A stretch of 64,000 nt of DNA, from the sequence record SRR31156797_3690; one strand, given 5' to 3'. Below, piece by piece: positions 26,316 through 35,478 of the stretch; the first letter of the stretch is position 1; the number at the start of each line of letters is the position of its first letter. The notes beneath the pieces were generated by a model that had not been told where the DNA came from, searched no databases, and was given only the letters and a program-made list of their open reading frames with translations. The translations under genes and the position numbers were made by a program.

Positions 26316-27165
26316 AACCTATCGAGAAGTCCTTTCACGGGCTTCTTCTTTTTTAGAAACGAAAGGACTGGACGGGTATGCGATCCAATACCTGTTTTTA
26401 CAGCGAAAAAACTGGCAGCAACTCGATTGGCTGCTGCAGATGGACCAACCCATCCTAAGGGAAGATGAGGCACAGATCGCAGCAGATCTTGAACAGTTGC
26501 TACAGCATGAACCCCCGCAATATTTATTGGGGTATGAAGAATTTTATGGTCATCGCTTAAAAGTGACCCCTGCAACCTTGATCCCGCGTCCAGAAACCGA
26601 AGAGCTGGTGGAAAACTGTCTGGCAAAACTACCAGCAGATCAGCCGCTACGAGTCGTTGACATTGGCACGGGTACAGGAGCGATCGCCATTGCCTTAAAA
26701 TTGGCACGTCCCCAGTGGTCGGTAAGTGCCGTGGATCTTTCAGCAGAGGCGTTAGCTGTTGCTAAAGAAAATGCGACAGCCTTAGGTGCGGAGATCCGCT
26801 TTTTCCAAGGAGATACCTTGGAGCCTGTGGCAGATCAGCAATGGGATCTGATCGTTTCCAACCCGCCGTATATCAGCGCTGAAGAGTGGCCGCTGATGGA
26901 TATCAGCGTACGGGAAAAAGAACCTAAAATGGCGCTTTTTGCTCAAGAACAAGGATTGGCGATCTATAAGCAATTAGCACAGCAAGCACCGAAGTGTTTG
27001 GCACCAAGTGGGCAAATGGCGCTGGAAATCGGCTTCCAGCAAGGACAAGCTGTTCAACAGCTTTTTGCAGCCGCTTTTCCCAACAAAGAAGTTACCGTAG
27101 TAAAAGATCTTGCGGGTCAAGATCGGATGGTGTTTGTCAGTCATCCACAAGATGTGGATAAATAA
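26308..27165 (+). CDS. prmC: Release factor glutamine methyltransferase
   Basis: [19 protein letters not shown]. Confidence 0.95.
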   Translation: MAKTYREVLSRASSFLETKGLDGYAIQYLFLQRKNWQQLDWLLQMDQPILREDEAQIAADLEQLLQHEPPQYLLGYEEFYGHRLKVTPATLIPRPETEELVENCLAKLPADQPLRVVDIGTGTGAIAIALKLARPQWSVSAVDLSAEALAVAKENATALGAEIRFFQGDTLEPVADQQWDLIVSNPPYISAEEWPLMDISVREKEPKMALFAQEQGLAIYKQLAQQAPKCLAPSGQMALEIGFQQGQAVQQLFAAAFPNKEVTVVKDLAGQDRMVFVSHPQDVDK

Positions 27166-27680
27166 ATTTTTTTTGCTACAGAAAAAGTGCAAAAACCTTA
27201 TGAAATGAACAATTTGGGAATAAATGGAGTTATAAACAAGGTTATCCACACTTGACAAACGACTTATCCACAAAATGTGGATAAGAAACGAGAAAATGTT
27301 GATAAGTGTGGAAACTTCTCAAAAAAGGATGTGGATAAATTGTGGAAACAAAAATTTTTGATCAATCAAAGTTAAACGAAGCAGCAGCTATCTTAGCTGA
27401 GGGGGGATTAGTGGCGTTCCCGACGGAAACTGTCTATGGACTAGGGGCTAGCGCGCTTTTGCCAAAGGCTGTTGCGCAAGTGTATCAAGTCAAAGGACGA
27501 CCTAGTGACAACCCTTTGATCGTTCATATTGCCGAGCCAGAGCAGTTGGAACCGTTTGTGGATAACAAGCATCCTTTTGCTGATAAATTGATGGAAACTT
27601 TCTGGCCTGGGCCCCTAACCTTGATCTTTTCGATCAAAAAAGACAGCTTACCTAGCATCGTTACTGGCAGCTTATCCACA
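27141..27680. promoter_or_regulatory. DnaA-box cluster
   Basis: Perfect TTATCCACA/TGTGGATAA at 27153, 27242, 27264, 27276, 27330, 27557, 27672; one-mismatch boxes at 27141, 27215, 27230, 27297, 27307, 27341. Confidence 0.88.
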
Positions 27681-28370
27681 GCGGCGTTTCGGATGCCCAA
27701 CAACACCAAGACGTTAGCGTTGATCAAACAAGCCCAACAGCCATTGGTTGGTCCTAGCGCAAATACATCTGGTAAACCAAGCCCAACATCAGCTGCGCAT
27801 GTTCAGCATGATCTGGCAGGCAAAATCGCTGGCATCTTGGACGATGGGGTGACACAGATCGGTGTCGAATCAACGGTCTTAGATTTGAGTGACCCAACGG
27901 CACCGCCGATCATCTTACGCCCTGGTGCAATCTCTAAAGAACAGCTTGAAGCAGTCTTACAAACAAAAGTCCTCGTCGATCAGCATTTAGTAACAGAAAG
28001 TGAAGCACCCAAAGCGCCAGGCATGAAATACAAGCACTATGCACCGAATACCAACGTCATGATGGTCAATGACCAAGATTGGTCGGCAGCCATGGCTTGG
28101 GCGAGAGAACAGCAGCTTAAGGTAGGTGTTTTAGCTGGACCGACGATCGCCGAGCAGGTCCGCTTCGAAGCTGCAGCCATCTATTTATTTTTTGATGACA
28201 GTGTGGAAGCTGCGACAAAAGGGCTGTTTGCGGGGTTACGGGCGTTAGATGAATCGATTGCTGAGCTAGATGTCTTATTCGCACCCACGTTTCCAGAAAG
28301 CGGCTTAGGGGCTGCTTATATGAATCGGTTGAAAAAAGCTGCAAATCAAAGTTTCTTTCAAGAAAATTAG
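27342..28370 (+). CDS. sua5: L-threonylcarbamoyladenylate synthase Sua5/YwlC
   Basis: FPTETVYGLG, KGRPSDNPLIVH, PSAN, PGMKYKHYAP. Confidence 0.95.
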   Translation: METKIFDQSKLNEAAAILAEGGLVAFPTETVYGLGASALLPKAVAQVYQVKGRPSDNPLIVHIAEPEQLEPFVDNKHPFADKLMETFWPGPLTLIFSIKKDSLPSIVTGSLSTAAFRMPNNTKTLALIKQAQQPLVGPSANTSGKPSPTSAAHVQHDLAGKIAGILDDGVTQIGVESTVLDLSDPTAPPIILRPGAISKEQLEAVLQTKVLVDQHLVTESEAPKAPGMKYKHYAPNTNVMMVNDQDWSAAMAWAREQQLKVGVLAGPTIAEQVRFEAAAIYLFFDDSVEAATKGLFAGLRALDESIAELDVLFAPTFPESGLGAAYMNRLKKAANQSFFQEN

Positions 28371-28451
28371 CAAAAAACCAGAATTCATTATAGGTAGCTT
28401 ATGAAGAAATGTGATACAATGCTACCATTAAGGTAAAGGGGTGTTGTAAGC

Positions 28452-29696
28452 ATGGATTATCAAACGTTTGATCCCGAATTGTGGCAAGCGATCGAAAAAG
28501 AAACGAATCGTCAACAAAACAATTTGGAATTGATTGCGTCTGAAAATATCGTTTCAGAAGGTGTAATGGCTGCGCAAGGTAGTATTTTGACAAATAAATA
28601 CGCTGAAGGTTATCCAGGTCGTCGTTACTATGGCGGCTGTGAATTTGTTGATGTGGTAGAAAACTTAGCAATTGAACGGGCGAAAAGTATTTTCGGTGCG
28701 GCATATGCCAATGTTCAACCGCATTCTGGTTCTCAAGCCAACACAGCAGCTTATTTAGCGTTGATCGAAACAGGCGATACAGTATTAGGGATGGATCTTT
28801 CCGCAGGCGGTCATTTGACCCATGGCTCACCAGTGAATTTCAGCGGCAAGACCTATAATTTTGTTAGTTATGGTGTTGATCCTGCAACAGAAGTCATTGA
28901 CTACAATGTCGTTCGTATTTTGGCGCGCAAGCATCAACCGAAACTGATCGTTGCCGGTGCCAGTGCTTACTCACGTACAATCGATTTTGCGAAGTTCCGT
29001 GAAATCGCCGATGAAGTTGGCGCAAAATTGATGGTGGATATGGCGCATATCGCTGGTTTAGTAGCGGCTGGTCTTCATCCAAACCCAGTTCCTTATGCGG
29101 ACATCACGACTTCTACGACCCATAAAACATTACGCGGCCCTCGAGGCGGCTTGATTTTAACAAATGATGAAGATTTAGCGAAAAAAATCAATAGTGCCGT
29201 TTTCCCTGGTATTCAAGGCGGCCCATTAGAGCACGTGATTGCAGCGAAAGCTGTTGCTTTTAAAGAAGCACAAGATGCGTCGTTCAAAGAGTACTCTGAA
29301 CAAGTCATTCGCAATGCGCAAGCAATGGCGAAAGTCTTCAACCAAGCACCACAAGCTCGCTTGGTCTCTGGTGCAACAGACAATCACCTATTATTGATCG
29401 ATGTGCGTGGCTTTGATTTGAACGGAAAAGAAGCAGAAGCATTGCTGGATCAAGTCAATATCACCGTCAATAAAAACTCGATTCCTTTCGAATCATTAAG
29501 TCCTTTCAAAACGAGTGGGATTCGCGTGGGGACACCAGCGATCACTAGTCGTGGCTTTAAAGAAGAAGATTGTGTCGAAGTGGCGAAATTGATCGTCAAA
29601 GTTTTAGAAAAACCAAATGATGAAGCCGTCTTGGCAGAAGTAGCGGCGCAAGTCAAAGAATTGACGGATAACTATCCACTTTACAAAAACAAATAA
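28452..29696 (+). CDS. glyA: Serine hydroxymethyltransferase
   Basis: [26 protein letters not shown]. Confidence 0.97.
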   Translation: MDYQTFDPELWQAIEKETNRQQNNLELIASENIVSEGVMAAQGSILTNKYAEGYPGRRYYGGCEFVDVVENLAIERAKSIFGAAYANVQPHSGSQANTAAYLALIETGDTVLGMDLSAGGHLTHGSPVNFSGKTYNFVSYGVDPATEVIDYNVVRILARKHQPKLIVAGASAYSRTIDFAKFREIADEVGAKLMVDMAHIAGLVAAGLHPNPVPYADITTSTTHKTLRGPRGGLILTNDEDLAKKINSAVFPGIQGGPLEHVIAAKAVAFKEAQDASFKEYSEQVIRNAQAMAKVFNQAPQARLVSGATDNHLLLIDVRGFDLNGKEAEALLDQVNITVNKNSIPFESLSPFKTSGIRVGTPAITSRGFKEEDCVEVAKLIVKVLEKPNDEAVLAEVAAQVKELTDNYPLYKNK

Positions 29697-29699
29697 AAT

Positions 29700-29855
29700 G
29701 GGACTGTGACAGAAGTTAAGGTCAGACAAGATGTCTCACGCGTTTTTCCTGCGCTCCAGCTCTTTGATCACCAAAAGTGAAAAAGGGGCTAGAATGAACG
29801 CAGAGGCGTGTTACATGCCGTCTTGTCTCCTTCCTTCTAACACAATCCTTTTTTT
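29700..29855. repeat. Long imperfect inverted repeat (MITE/interspersed-repeat-like) between glyA and upp
   Basis: Nested complementary arms GGACTGTG/CACAATCC, AGACAAGATG/CGTCTTGTCT, CACGC/GCGTG, CTGCG/CGCAG, AGCTCTTT/AAGGGGCT, TCAC/GTGA, then a T-tract. Confidence 0.6.
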
Positions 29856-29944
29856 GAGGAAAAGCAGTATTGCCTGTGGCAGATGGTTGTAACAAGAGCC
29901 GATTTGCTTTAAAATAAGAGAAAAACCAAAGGAGATTTTTTTAA

Positions 29945-30574
29945 ATGGGTAAATTTCAAGTAATCGATCACCCGCTGATCCAACACAAATTAACAATGAT
30001 CCGCGACAAGAACTGTGGAACAAAGGTTTTCCGTGAAGTTGTTAATGAAATCGCAATGTTGATGGCGTATGAAGTGTCTCGCGACATGCCGCTTGAAGAT
30101 CTAGTGATTGAAACACCAATTGAAGAATCAACACAAAAAACACTATCTGGTAAAAAGGTAGCGATCATTCCGATCCTGCGCGCAGGTCTAGGCATGGTTG
30201 ATGGTATCCTTGAATTGATCCCAGCCGCAAAAGTTGGTCATATCGGGATGTACCGTGATGAAGAAACGCTAGAACCACACGAATACTTCGTAAAATTACC
30301 TGAAGATATCGATGAACGTCAATTATTTATCGTTGACCCAATGTTAGCTACGGGCGGTTCAGCGATCATGGCGATCGACGCACTGAAAAAACGCGGCGCT
30401 TCAAACATGAAATTCGTCTGCTTAGTTGCTGCACCAGAAGGCGTGAAAGCATTGCAAGATGCCCATCCAGATGTTGATATCTACACTGCAAATCTTGATG
30501 AACGCCTAAATGAACACGGCTATATCGTTCCTGGTTTGGGCGATGCCGGTGACCGTCTATTCGGTACAAAATAA
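29945..30574 (+). CDS. upp: Uracil phosphoribosyltransferase
   Basis: [32 protein letters not shown]. Confidence 0.97.
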   Translation: MGKFQVIDHPLIQHKLTMIRDKNCGTKVFREVVNEIAMLMAYEVSRDMPLEDLVIETPIEESTQKTLSGKKVAIIPILRAGLGMVDGILELIPAAKVGHIGMYRDEETLEPHEYFVKLPEDIDERQLFIVDPMLATGGSAIMAIDALKKRGASNMKFVCLVAAPEGVKALQDAHPDVDIYTANLDERLNEHGYIVPGLGDAGDRLFGTK

Positions 30575-30752
30575 ATCAATACAAATAAGACAAAGGCAAC
30601 TGCTTCAAGTTTTGCCTCGTCAATGATGCCATGGAAGAAGATCGACTGCCAAAACGGTTCGATCGGTTATCCATGGCTTTTTTTAGCTTTTCATAAAATC
30701 AGACAATGAAAAAAGGAGAAAATCAACTGATTTTCTCCTTGCATTAAACGGG

Positions 30753-30989
30753 TTATAGTTTGGTTAATTGTTTGTAATTGATGATCAATACACCATTACT
30801 TTGCGAAACTAATTTCTGGTTTTCTGGGGTTTCGTTCAGCTCGACCACCGCAGAGTTTTTCAACTGCTTTGTGATGGTACCAGTTTGTTTCTTCCCATGG
30901 AACGTGAACATGACAGGAGTAGCGACCTCAAACGTTGAACCTTCTTGTGACGGGACAATTGTTGTTTCGAATTTACCAAATGTTGCCAT
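30753..30989 (-). CDS. Small hypothetical protein (YkvS/DUF2187-like)
   Basis: 78 aa, strong AGGAGG RBS; G-x-I-x-K-x-x-x-NSAVV...IINYK pattern. Confidence 0.6.
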   Translation of the reverse strand: MATFGKFETTIVPSQEGSTFEVATPVMFTFHGKKQTGTITKQLKNSAVVELNETPENQKLVSQSNGVLIINYKQLTKL

Positions 30990-31067
30990 GTAAAAACCTC
31001 CTTGATACTTCTATTATATCACAATTTTCGGAAAATTTCAGTAAGTAGATTTTTTTCAGCAGACCTC

Positions 31068-31096
31068 TTTACAAAACAACCGTTTTTGCATATAAT
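31068..31096 (+). promoter_or_regulatory. SigA promoter of tRNA-Thr
   Basis: TTTACA-17 bp-TATAAT. Confidence 0.8.
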
Positions 31097-31115
31097 TTTC
31101 TTTGTGCCATACAAC

Positions 31116-31188
31116 GCCAGCTTAGCTCAGTTGGTAGAGCAACGCACTCGTAACGCGTAGGTCACAGGTTCGAATCCTGCAGCTGGCA
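31116..31188 (+). tRNA. tRNA-Thr(CGT), CCA not encoded
   Basis: Acceptor stem GCCAGCT/AGCTGGC, D arm GCTC/GAGC, anticodon loop CTCGTAA, T loop TTCGAAT. Confidence 0.95.
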
Positions 31189-31196
31189 TAAGAAAT

Positions 31197-31241
31197 GAAA
31201 AACCATGAATCTTCTTTTAGAGGATTCATGGTTTTTCTTTT
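31197..31241. terminator. Bidirectional terminator after tRNA-Thr and at the end of the island operon
   Basis: GAAAAACCATGAATCTTC...GAGGATTCATGGTTTTTC. Confidence 0.8.
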
Positions 31242-31290
31242 GCAGGCGATAAGTAATCTCAATTTTTCCTGATTTACCCGATAACTGTTC

Positions 31291-31806
31291 TTATTCGCCC
31301 ATTAGCATTACATGGCATGACCTATTTCGCACACGATTTTGATCGAAATCAACAAAATAGATATAGCCTACAGAGCCGATCTCTAGCTTGCCGTTACTTA
31401 AAATAAAACTTTCGCTTGCACCGAAAAAACTCGAGCGAATATGTGCATCGCCGTTTAAAATCGTTGCTGGATCTGTTGGGTAGTTTGGATCGTCCAGACT
31501 CATCAAAAATTCTAAATGCTTTGGTCCAGGATAACGATAATCGGTATTTTCTGATAGTTCACGAGGAATAATTTTATCGAGAATTCGGTTTAAATCAACT
31601 TGAAGAAATTCATCTCCGTTAAAGTCTGTATCATGCATGTATTCTTCAAAGATAACAGAACAAGTCGTATGGGGAGACTGTACGAGACAGATTCCATTTG
31701 AAATTCCGCTTTTTTCAACCATTGCTTTCACTTCTTCTGTGATGTTGTGGTAAGACACTCGATTCCCGTTAGAAGTTAACGTCAGTTGCTCTTTTAAAAA
31801 TTTCAC
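31291..31806 (-). CDS. YjbQ/UPF0047 family protein
   Basis: PHTTCSV, NGDAHIRSSFFG, YFVDFD pattern. Confidence 0.8.
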   Translation of the reverse strand: MKFLKEQLTLTSNGNRVSYHNITEEVKAMVEKSGISNGICLVQSPHTTCSVIFEEYMHDTDFNGDEFLQVDLNRILDKIIPRELSENTDYRYPGPKHLEFLMSLDDPNYPTDPATILNGDAHIRSSFFGASESFILSNGKLEIGSVGYIYFVDFDQNRVRNRSCHVMLMGE

Positions 31807-31810
31807 AGTG

Positions 31811-32503
31811 TTAATCCTCCTTTTTATGCTTCACCGCTTGTTTGATCATTTCTGTAAGGGTTTGAACTGGATCATCTGCTTGCACAATGCCGCTTGTCCC
31901 GCCAGTCCCATCAGCACCTGACGACAAAGCTTTTTCAACATCGGCAGCGCTAGATATACCAGCAGCCTGCAAAATCAGGATTTCTGGATCAATTTCCCGA
32001 ACAACACGATTTGTTTCCGTCATGTATTGAAGATCACTGGTTTGTCCTGTCCCAATTAGTTCGGTTGGCTCGCAAACCATCACATCGGGTTTTAGGGAAG
32101 CCGCGGCTCTCGCTTCACTCAATGAATTCGCACAGACAATTGTTAAGAGACCCAATTCATTTGAGCGCTGAATCGCTTTAGTCAGTTCTTGCAATGTCAT
32201 GGGGTGTTCAGCATGGTTTAAAAAGGTAGCTTCAGCTCCGGCTTCTGCCACTGCTTCGGGTAAAACATAGCCCATTCCACGACCAATTTCGATTCCGTCT
32301 AAATGTTGGACAGTGACGAATAAATGTGTTGTTGCCTGTTTAATTAAAGAAACGTCTGCATGCTGAACAGTAAATAGAATGTCGATGTCATACAAAGATG
32401 ACAACTCATCAGCAGCTTTTGCCAATGCCAATGCTTGTTTTCCATAAAGATAGGCTTTGGGATTGATGACAAAGAATGGCGTTCTTAAAGTTCTTTTTTT
32501 CAT
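31811..32503 (-). CDS. Triosephosphate isomerase-like protein (short, archaeal-type)
   Basis: 230 aa; INPKAY, NHAEH, CEPTELIG, AAGIS, GTSG. Confidence 0.8.
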   Translation of the reverse strand: MKKRTLRTPFFVINPKAYLYGKQALALAKAADELSSLYDIDILFTVQHADVSLIKQATTHLFVTVQHLDGIEIGRGMGYVLPEAVAEAGAEATFLNHAEHPMTLQELTKAIQRSNELGLLTIVCANSLSEARAAASLKPDVMVCEPTELIGTGQTSDLQYMTETNRVVREIDPEILILQAAGISSAADVEKALSSGADGTGGTSGIVQADDPVQTLTEMIKQAVKHKKED

Positions 32504-33351
32504 TAGCTTTCTCCTTCACGATAAGATTTGGTATGAAAGACTGTAAAATAGTGCTCGAGTGTCTTGGACATTCCATTGCTTGCTGAATGAAGTAAATCGA
32601 AATAGTCATTTGGTTGATTTTTGTGAATTTCATTCATAGCAGCAGTGACAAAGTCAGTAAAAATATTTATTTTCCGGATACCTTCTAAGGCACATTTTTC
32701 AAGGTTTTCATCGCCAGAAGAGGATCCGCCATGCAGAACAAGAGGAACATTGACGGCATGGTGTATTTCCTTTAAAACGTCAAAATTTATTTTGGGTATC
32801 CCTTGATAATGTCCGTGAGAGGTGCCAATAGAAACTGCCAACGAATCAACCCCGGTTAATTTGGCAAATGTAACAGCCTCAGAAGGTTCTGTGTAAATAG
32901 ATTGACTATTTACGGCTGATTCCAGACTGTTTTCCGACCCAACGTGCCCGATTTCGGCTTCAACAACGACACCATTTTTATGAGCGTAATCGGCGATCTC
33001 CTTTGACCGACGGACATTTTCTTCAAATGGCTCCTCAGAAGCATCGATCATTACGGAAGTAAAACCTAAATGAATGGCTCTTTTGATGACCTCTTCATCG
33101 GTACCATGATCTAAGTGCAAAGCGATAGGTACAGTGCTTTTCTTTGCCAAAAATTTTCCAATCATGGCAGCCTCTTCTAAAGTCAACATGTTCATATGGG
33201 ACTGAGCGAAGGCCAATATCAAAGGCTTGTTTAAACGTTCAGCAGTCTCCGCGTATGACCTTGCACTAGTTAAGTCGAAAAAATTTGCTGCAGGTAATGC
33301 ATAATTGTGTTTTTCTGCATGTGCGAATAGTTCTTTTGTTGTGACCAACAT
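32503..33351 (-). CDS. Class II ketose-bisphosphate aldolase
   Basis: HLDHG, SVMIDAS, EAEIG, GTSHG, LVLHGGS, KINI. Confidence 0.88.
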   Translation of the reverse strand: MLVTTKELFAHAEKHNYALPAANFFDLTSARSYAETAERLNKPLILAFAQSHMNMLTLEEAAMIGKFLAKKSTVPIALHLDHGTDEEVIKRAIHLGFTSVMIDASEEPFEENVRRSKEIADYAHKNGVVVEAEIGHVGSENSLESAVNSQSIYTEPSEAVTFAKLTGVDSLAVSIGTSHGHYQGIPKINFDVLKEIHHAVNVPLVLHGGSSSGDENLEKCALEGIRKINIFTDFVTAAMNEIHKNQPNDYFDLLHSASNGMSKTLEHYFTVFHTKSYREGES

Positions 33352-33363
33352 AGGGCATTCTCC

Positions 33364-33654
33364 TTATTCTTTGATTTTCTTTTCGATTTCCGCGTACATT
33401 TCTTCTGTACCAATCCCTGTTAAGAGTGGCAGCCCCATAATTACGCGATCTTTGATTGAGTCTGGAACAACCGTTGTACTCACCACGATGTCATAGTTAT
33501 CAATTTTATTCATCTCATCTGCCACTTTGGATTGATACAGTTTCACTTGATCAGTCATCCCTTTTTCTTTCAGCCATTCTTTTACCTTATTTGTTACAAT
33601 TGTTGAAGTTGCAACACCTGTACCGCACATAATCAATAGTTTTTTCATTATCAT
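33364..33654 (-). CDS. PTS galactitol-family EIIB
   Basis: CGTGVATS phosphorylation loop. Confidence 0.88.
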   Translation of the reverse strand: MIMKKLLIMCGTGVATSTIVTNKVKEWLKEKGMTDQVKLYQSKVADEMNKIDNYDIVVSTTVVPDSIKDRVIMGLPLLTGIGTEEMYAEIEKKIKE

Positions 33655-33660
33655 TTCCTC

Positions 33661-35001
33661 CTATAATTTCGATGTTTGTTTCTTGGGACGAATTTTATTT
33701 ACATAAATCAATCCAAACAAAACAGAGACGCCAATTATGGCTAAACCGCCCCAGCTTAATATTTTGGTTAAGCCGACATAAAGGAATGTGGTCCATAAAC
33801 CACCTTCAGCCATAGCAGTGATCATAGAGTTTCCTTGTAGATCAAAGTTTGCGGATCGAGCAGCAGTAGTGACAAGCGGTGCTGCCCACGAAGTAATATA
33901 GAGAATGCTTACCATATAAATCGTTCCAGCAATTACTGTTCGAATGATGTTTCCTCCAAAAACAGCAGCCATCAAGCAAATCAGAAAGGGAATGGTTGCT
34001 AAATCACCAAAAGGCAAGGTCGTATTGCCAGGTAGAACTACGGCTAACAAAATAGTGATCGGAACTAGCAGCAATGAGGAAGAAAGGACAGCTGGATGAC
34101 CAACCGATAATGCTGCATCCATACCGATGTAAAGCTCTCTTCCAGGAAACCGTTTTTTGACGAATTCATTTGCAGATTCAGAAATAGGCGTTAGACCTTC
34201 CATCAGTAAAGCAACCATTTTAGGCATCAAAACCATCACAGCGCCTGTTTGGACGGCTAATTGGCCGACACCTGCTGTGTCATATCCGGCAAGTATTCCC
34301 ATGATGAGACCAATCAAAAAGCCCATAACAGTAGAGTCACCAAAGACACCAAATTTTTTCTGAATGGTTTCTGGATCTGCTTTCCAATCTTTTAGTCCCG
34401 GAATACGATCAAAGAGCCAATTCATCGGAAGTGCAAAGATGAATCCTGGTGCGGCGGTACCATGAGGAAAAGTGATATTAGGAAATCCGTAGAACTTATT
34501 AATGATCGGACCTAAAATATCTCCCATTAAAAGAATCATCATCAAATAGATGACGGTGGCCGCGATCCCCATTGCAAAGTCTCCAGTGAGGGCATAAATC
34601 AGAGAAGAGATGAAGGCTGCGTGCCAAATATTCCAAATATCTACATTCAATACTTTAGTCAGCCCTAAAATGATGAGTAAAACATTTAGGACCACACCAA
34701 TCGGAATCGCAAGGCTTCCTAAAATCGTCCCGTAAGAAATTGCCGCTGCGGCAGGCCATCCGACATCAATCGTTGTCAAATTTAATCCTAGACGTTCAAC
34801 CATATGCTGGGCGGCAGGACCCAAGCTGCTGCTTAGAAGGTCAATCACCAAATTCAATCCAACAAACCCGACACCAACAGTTAAGGCTGAAGTAAAGGCT
34901 TTGCCAGGCTTGGTTCCCAAAATTATTCCAAAAATAAAAATTAAAATAGGCAAAACAACGATTGAACCTAGATCAACGAACCACTGTAATGCATTTAACA
35001 T
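33661..35001 (-). CDS. PTS galactitol-family EIIC
   Basis: DVGWP, NVDIWN, MPKMV, IGMDAAL, LPFGDL. Confidence 0.88.
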   Translation of the reverse strand: MLNALQWFVDLGSIVVLPILIFIFGIILGTKPGKAFTSALTVGVGFVGLNLVIDLLSSSLGPAAQHMVERLGLNLTTIDVGWPAAAAISYGTILGSLAIPIGVVLNVLLIILGLTKVLNVDIWNIWHAAFISSLIYALTGDFAMGIAATVIYLMMILLMGDILGPIINKFYGFPNITFPHGTAAPGFIFALPMNWLFDRIPGLKDWKADPETIQKKFGVFGDSTVMGFLIGLIMGILAGYDTAGVGQLAVQTGAVMVLMPKMVALLMEGLTPISESANEFVKKRFPGRELYIGMDAALSVGHPAVLSSSLLLVPITILLAVVLPGNTTLPFGDLATIPFLICLMAAVFGGNIIRTVIAGTIYMVSILYITSWAAPLVTTAARSANFDLQGNSMITAMAEGGLWTTFLYVGLTKILSWGGLAIIGVSVLFGLIYVNKIRPKKQTSKL

Positions 35002-35016
35002 AATTGTTCCTCCTTT

Positions 35017-35478
35017 TTATTGCAGTCCATTTTTTTCAATAATCGAAAGATACGCTTCTTTAGTCGTTACTGAGGATAGGGCTTCCAAAACCCCTGGTGT
35101 TTGAAACATAGAGATAAGATTTTGTAGCATACCCAATTGCTCATGTGGTTCCTTCAATGCAAGCATGAACAACAGAGATACATCGATTTTCTTTTCTTGC
35201 GAACCCATTTCAATAAATGAAAGGGGAGAGGCAAGTGACATAAAAGCGACTTGGGATCGTAAAACAAATTTGCTGTCCGTATGTGGGATCGCTACCCCAA
35301 TGCCGTTAATTTTTAAACCTGTAGGAAAGGTTTCTTCTCGCTGTACGATATTTTGATAGAACTGATCATTTACACAATGAGTTTTGATGAGTTCGTCTGC
35401 TAATAGTCGAAAAGCTTCCTCTTTTGTTTTAGAATCTTTTTCAAGTAACACGATTTGGTGATCAAAAAACATGATCAA
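35017..35478 (-). CDS. PTS galactitol-family EIIA
   Basis: REETFPTGL, VAIPHTD. Confidence 0.88.
   Translation of the reverse strand: MIMFFDHQIVLLEKDSKTKEEAFRLLADELIKTHCVNDQFYQNIVQREETFPTGLKINGIGVAIPHTDSKFVLRSQVAFMSLASPLSFIEMGSQEKKIDVSLLFMLALKEPHEQLGMLQNLISMFQTPGVLEALSSVTTKEAYLSIIEKNGLQ

Noticed and set aside
27141-27680. oriC
   Set aside because: No dnaA, dnaN or rpmH nearby and no clear DnaA-trio unwinding element seen; fits a non-origin cluster better
29700-29944. PyrR attenuator upstream of upp
   Set aside because: No PyrR binding-loop consensus (AGUCC-N-G-N-GAGG) recognisable
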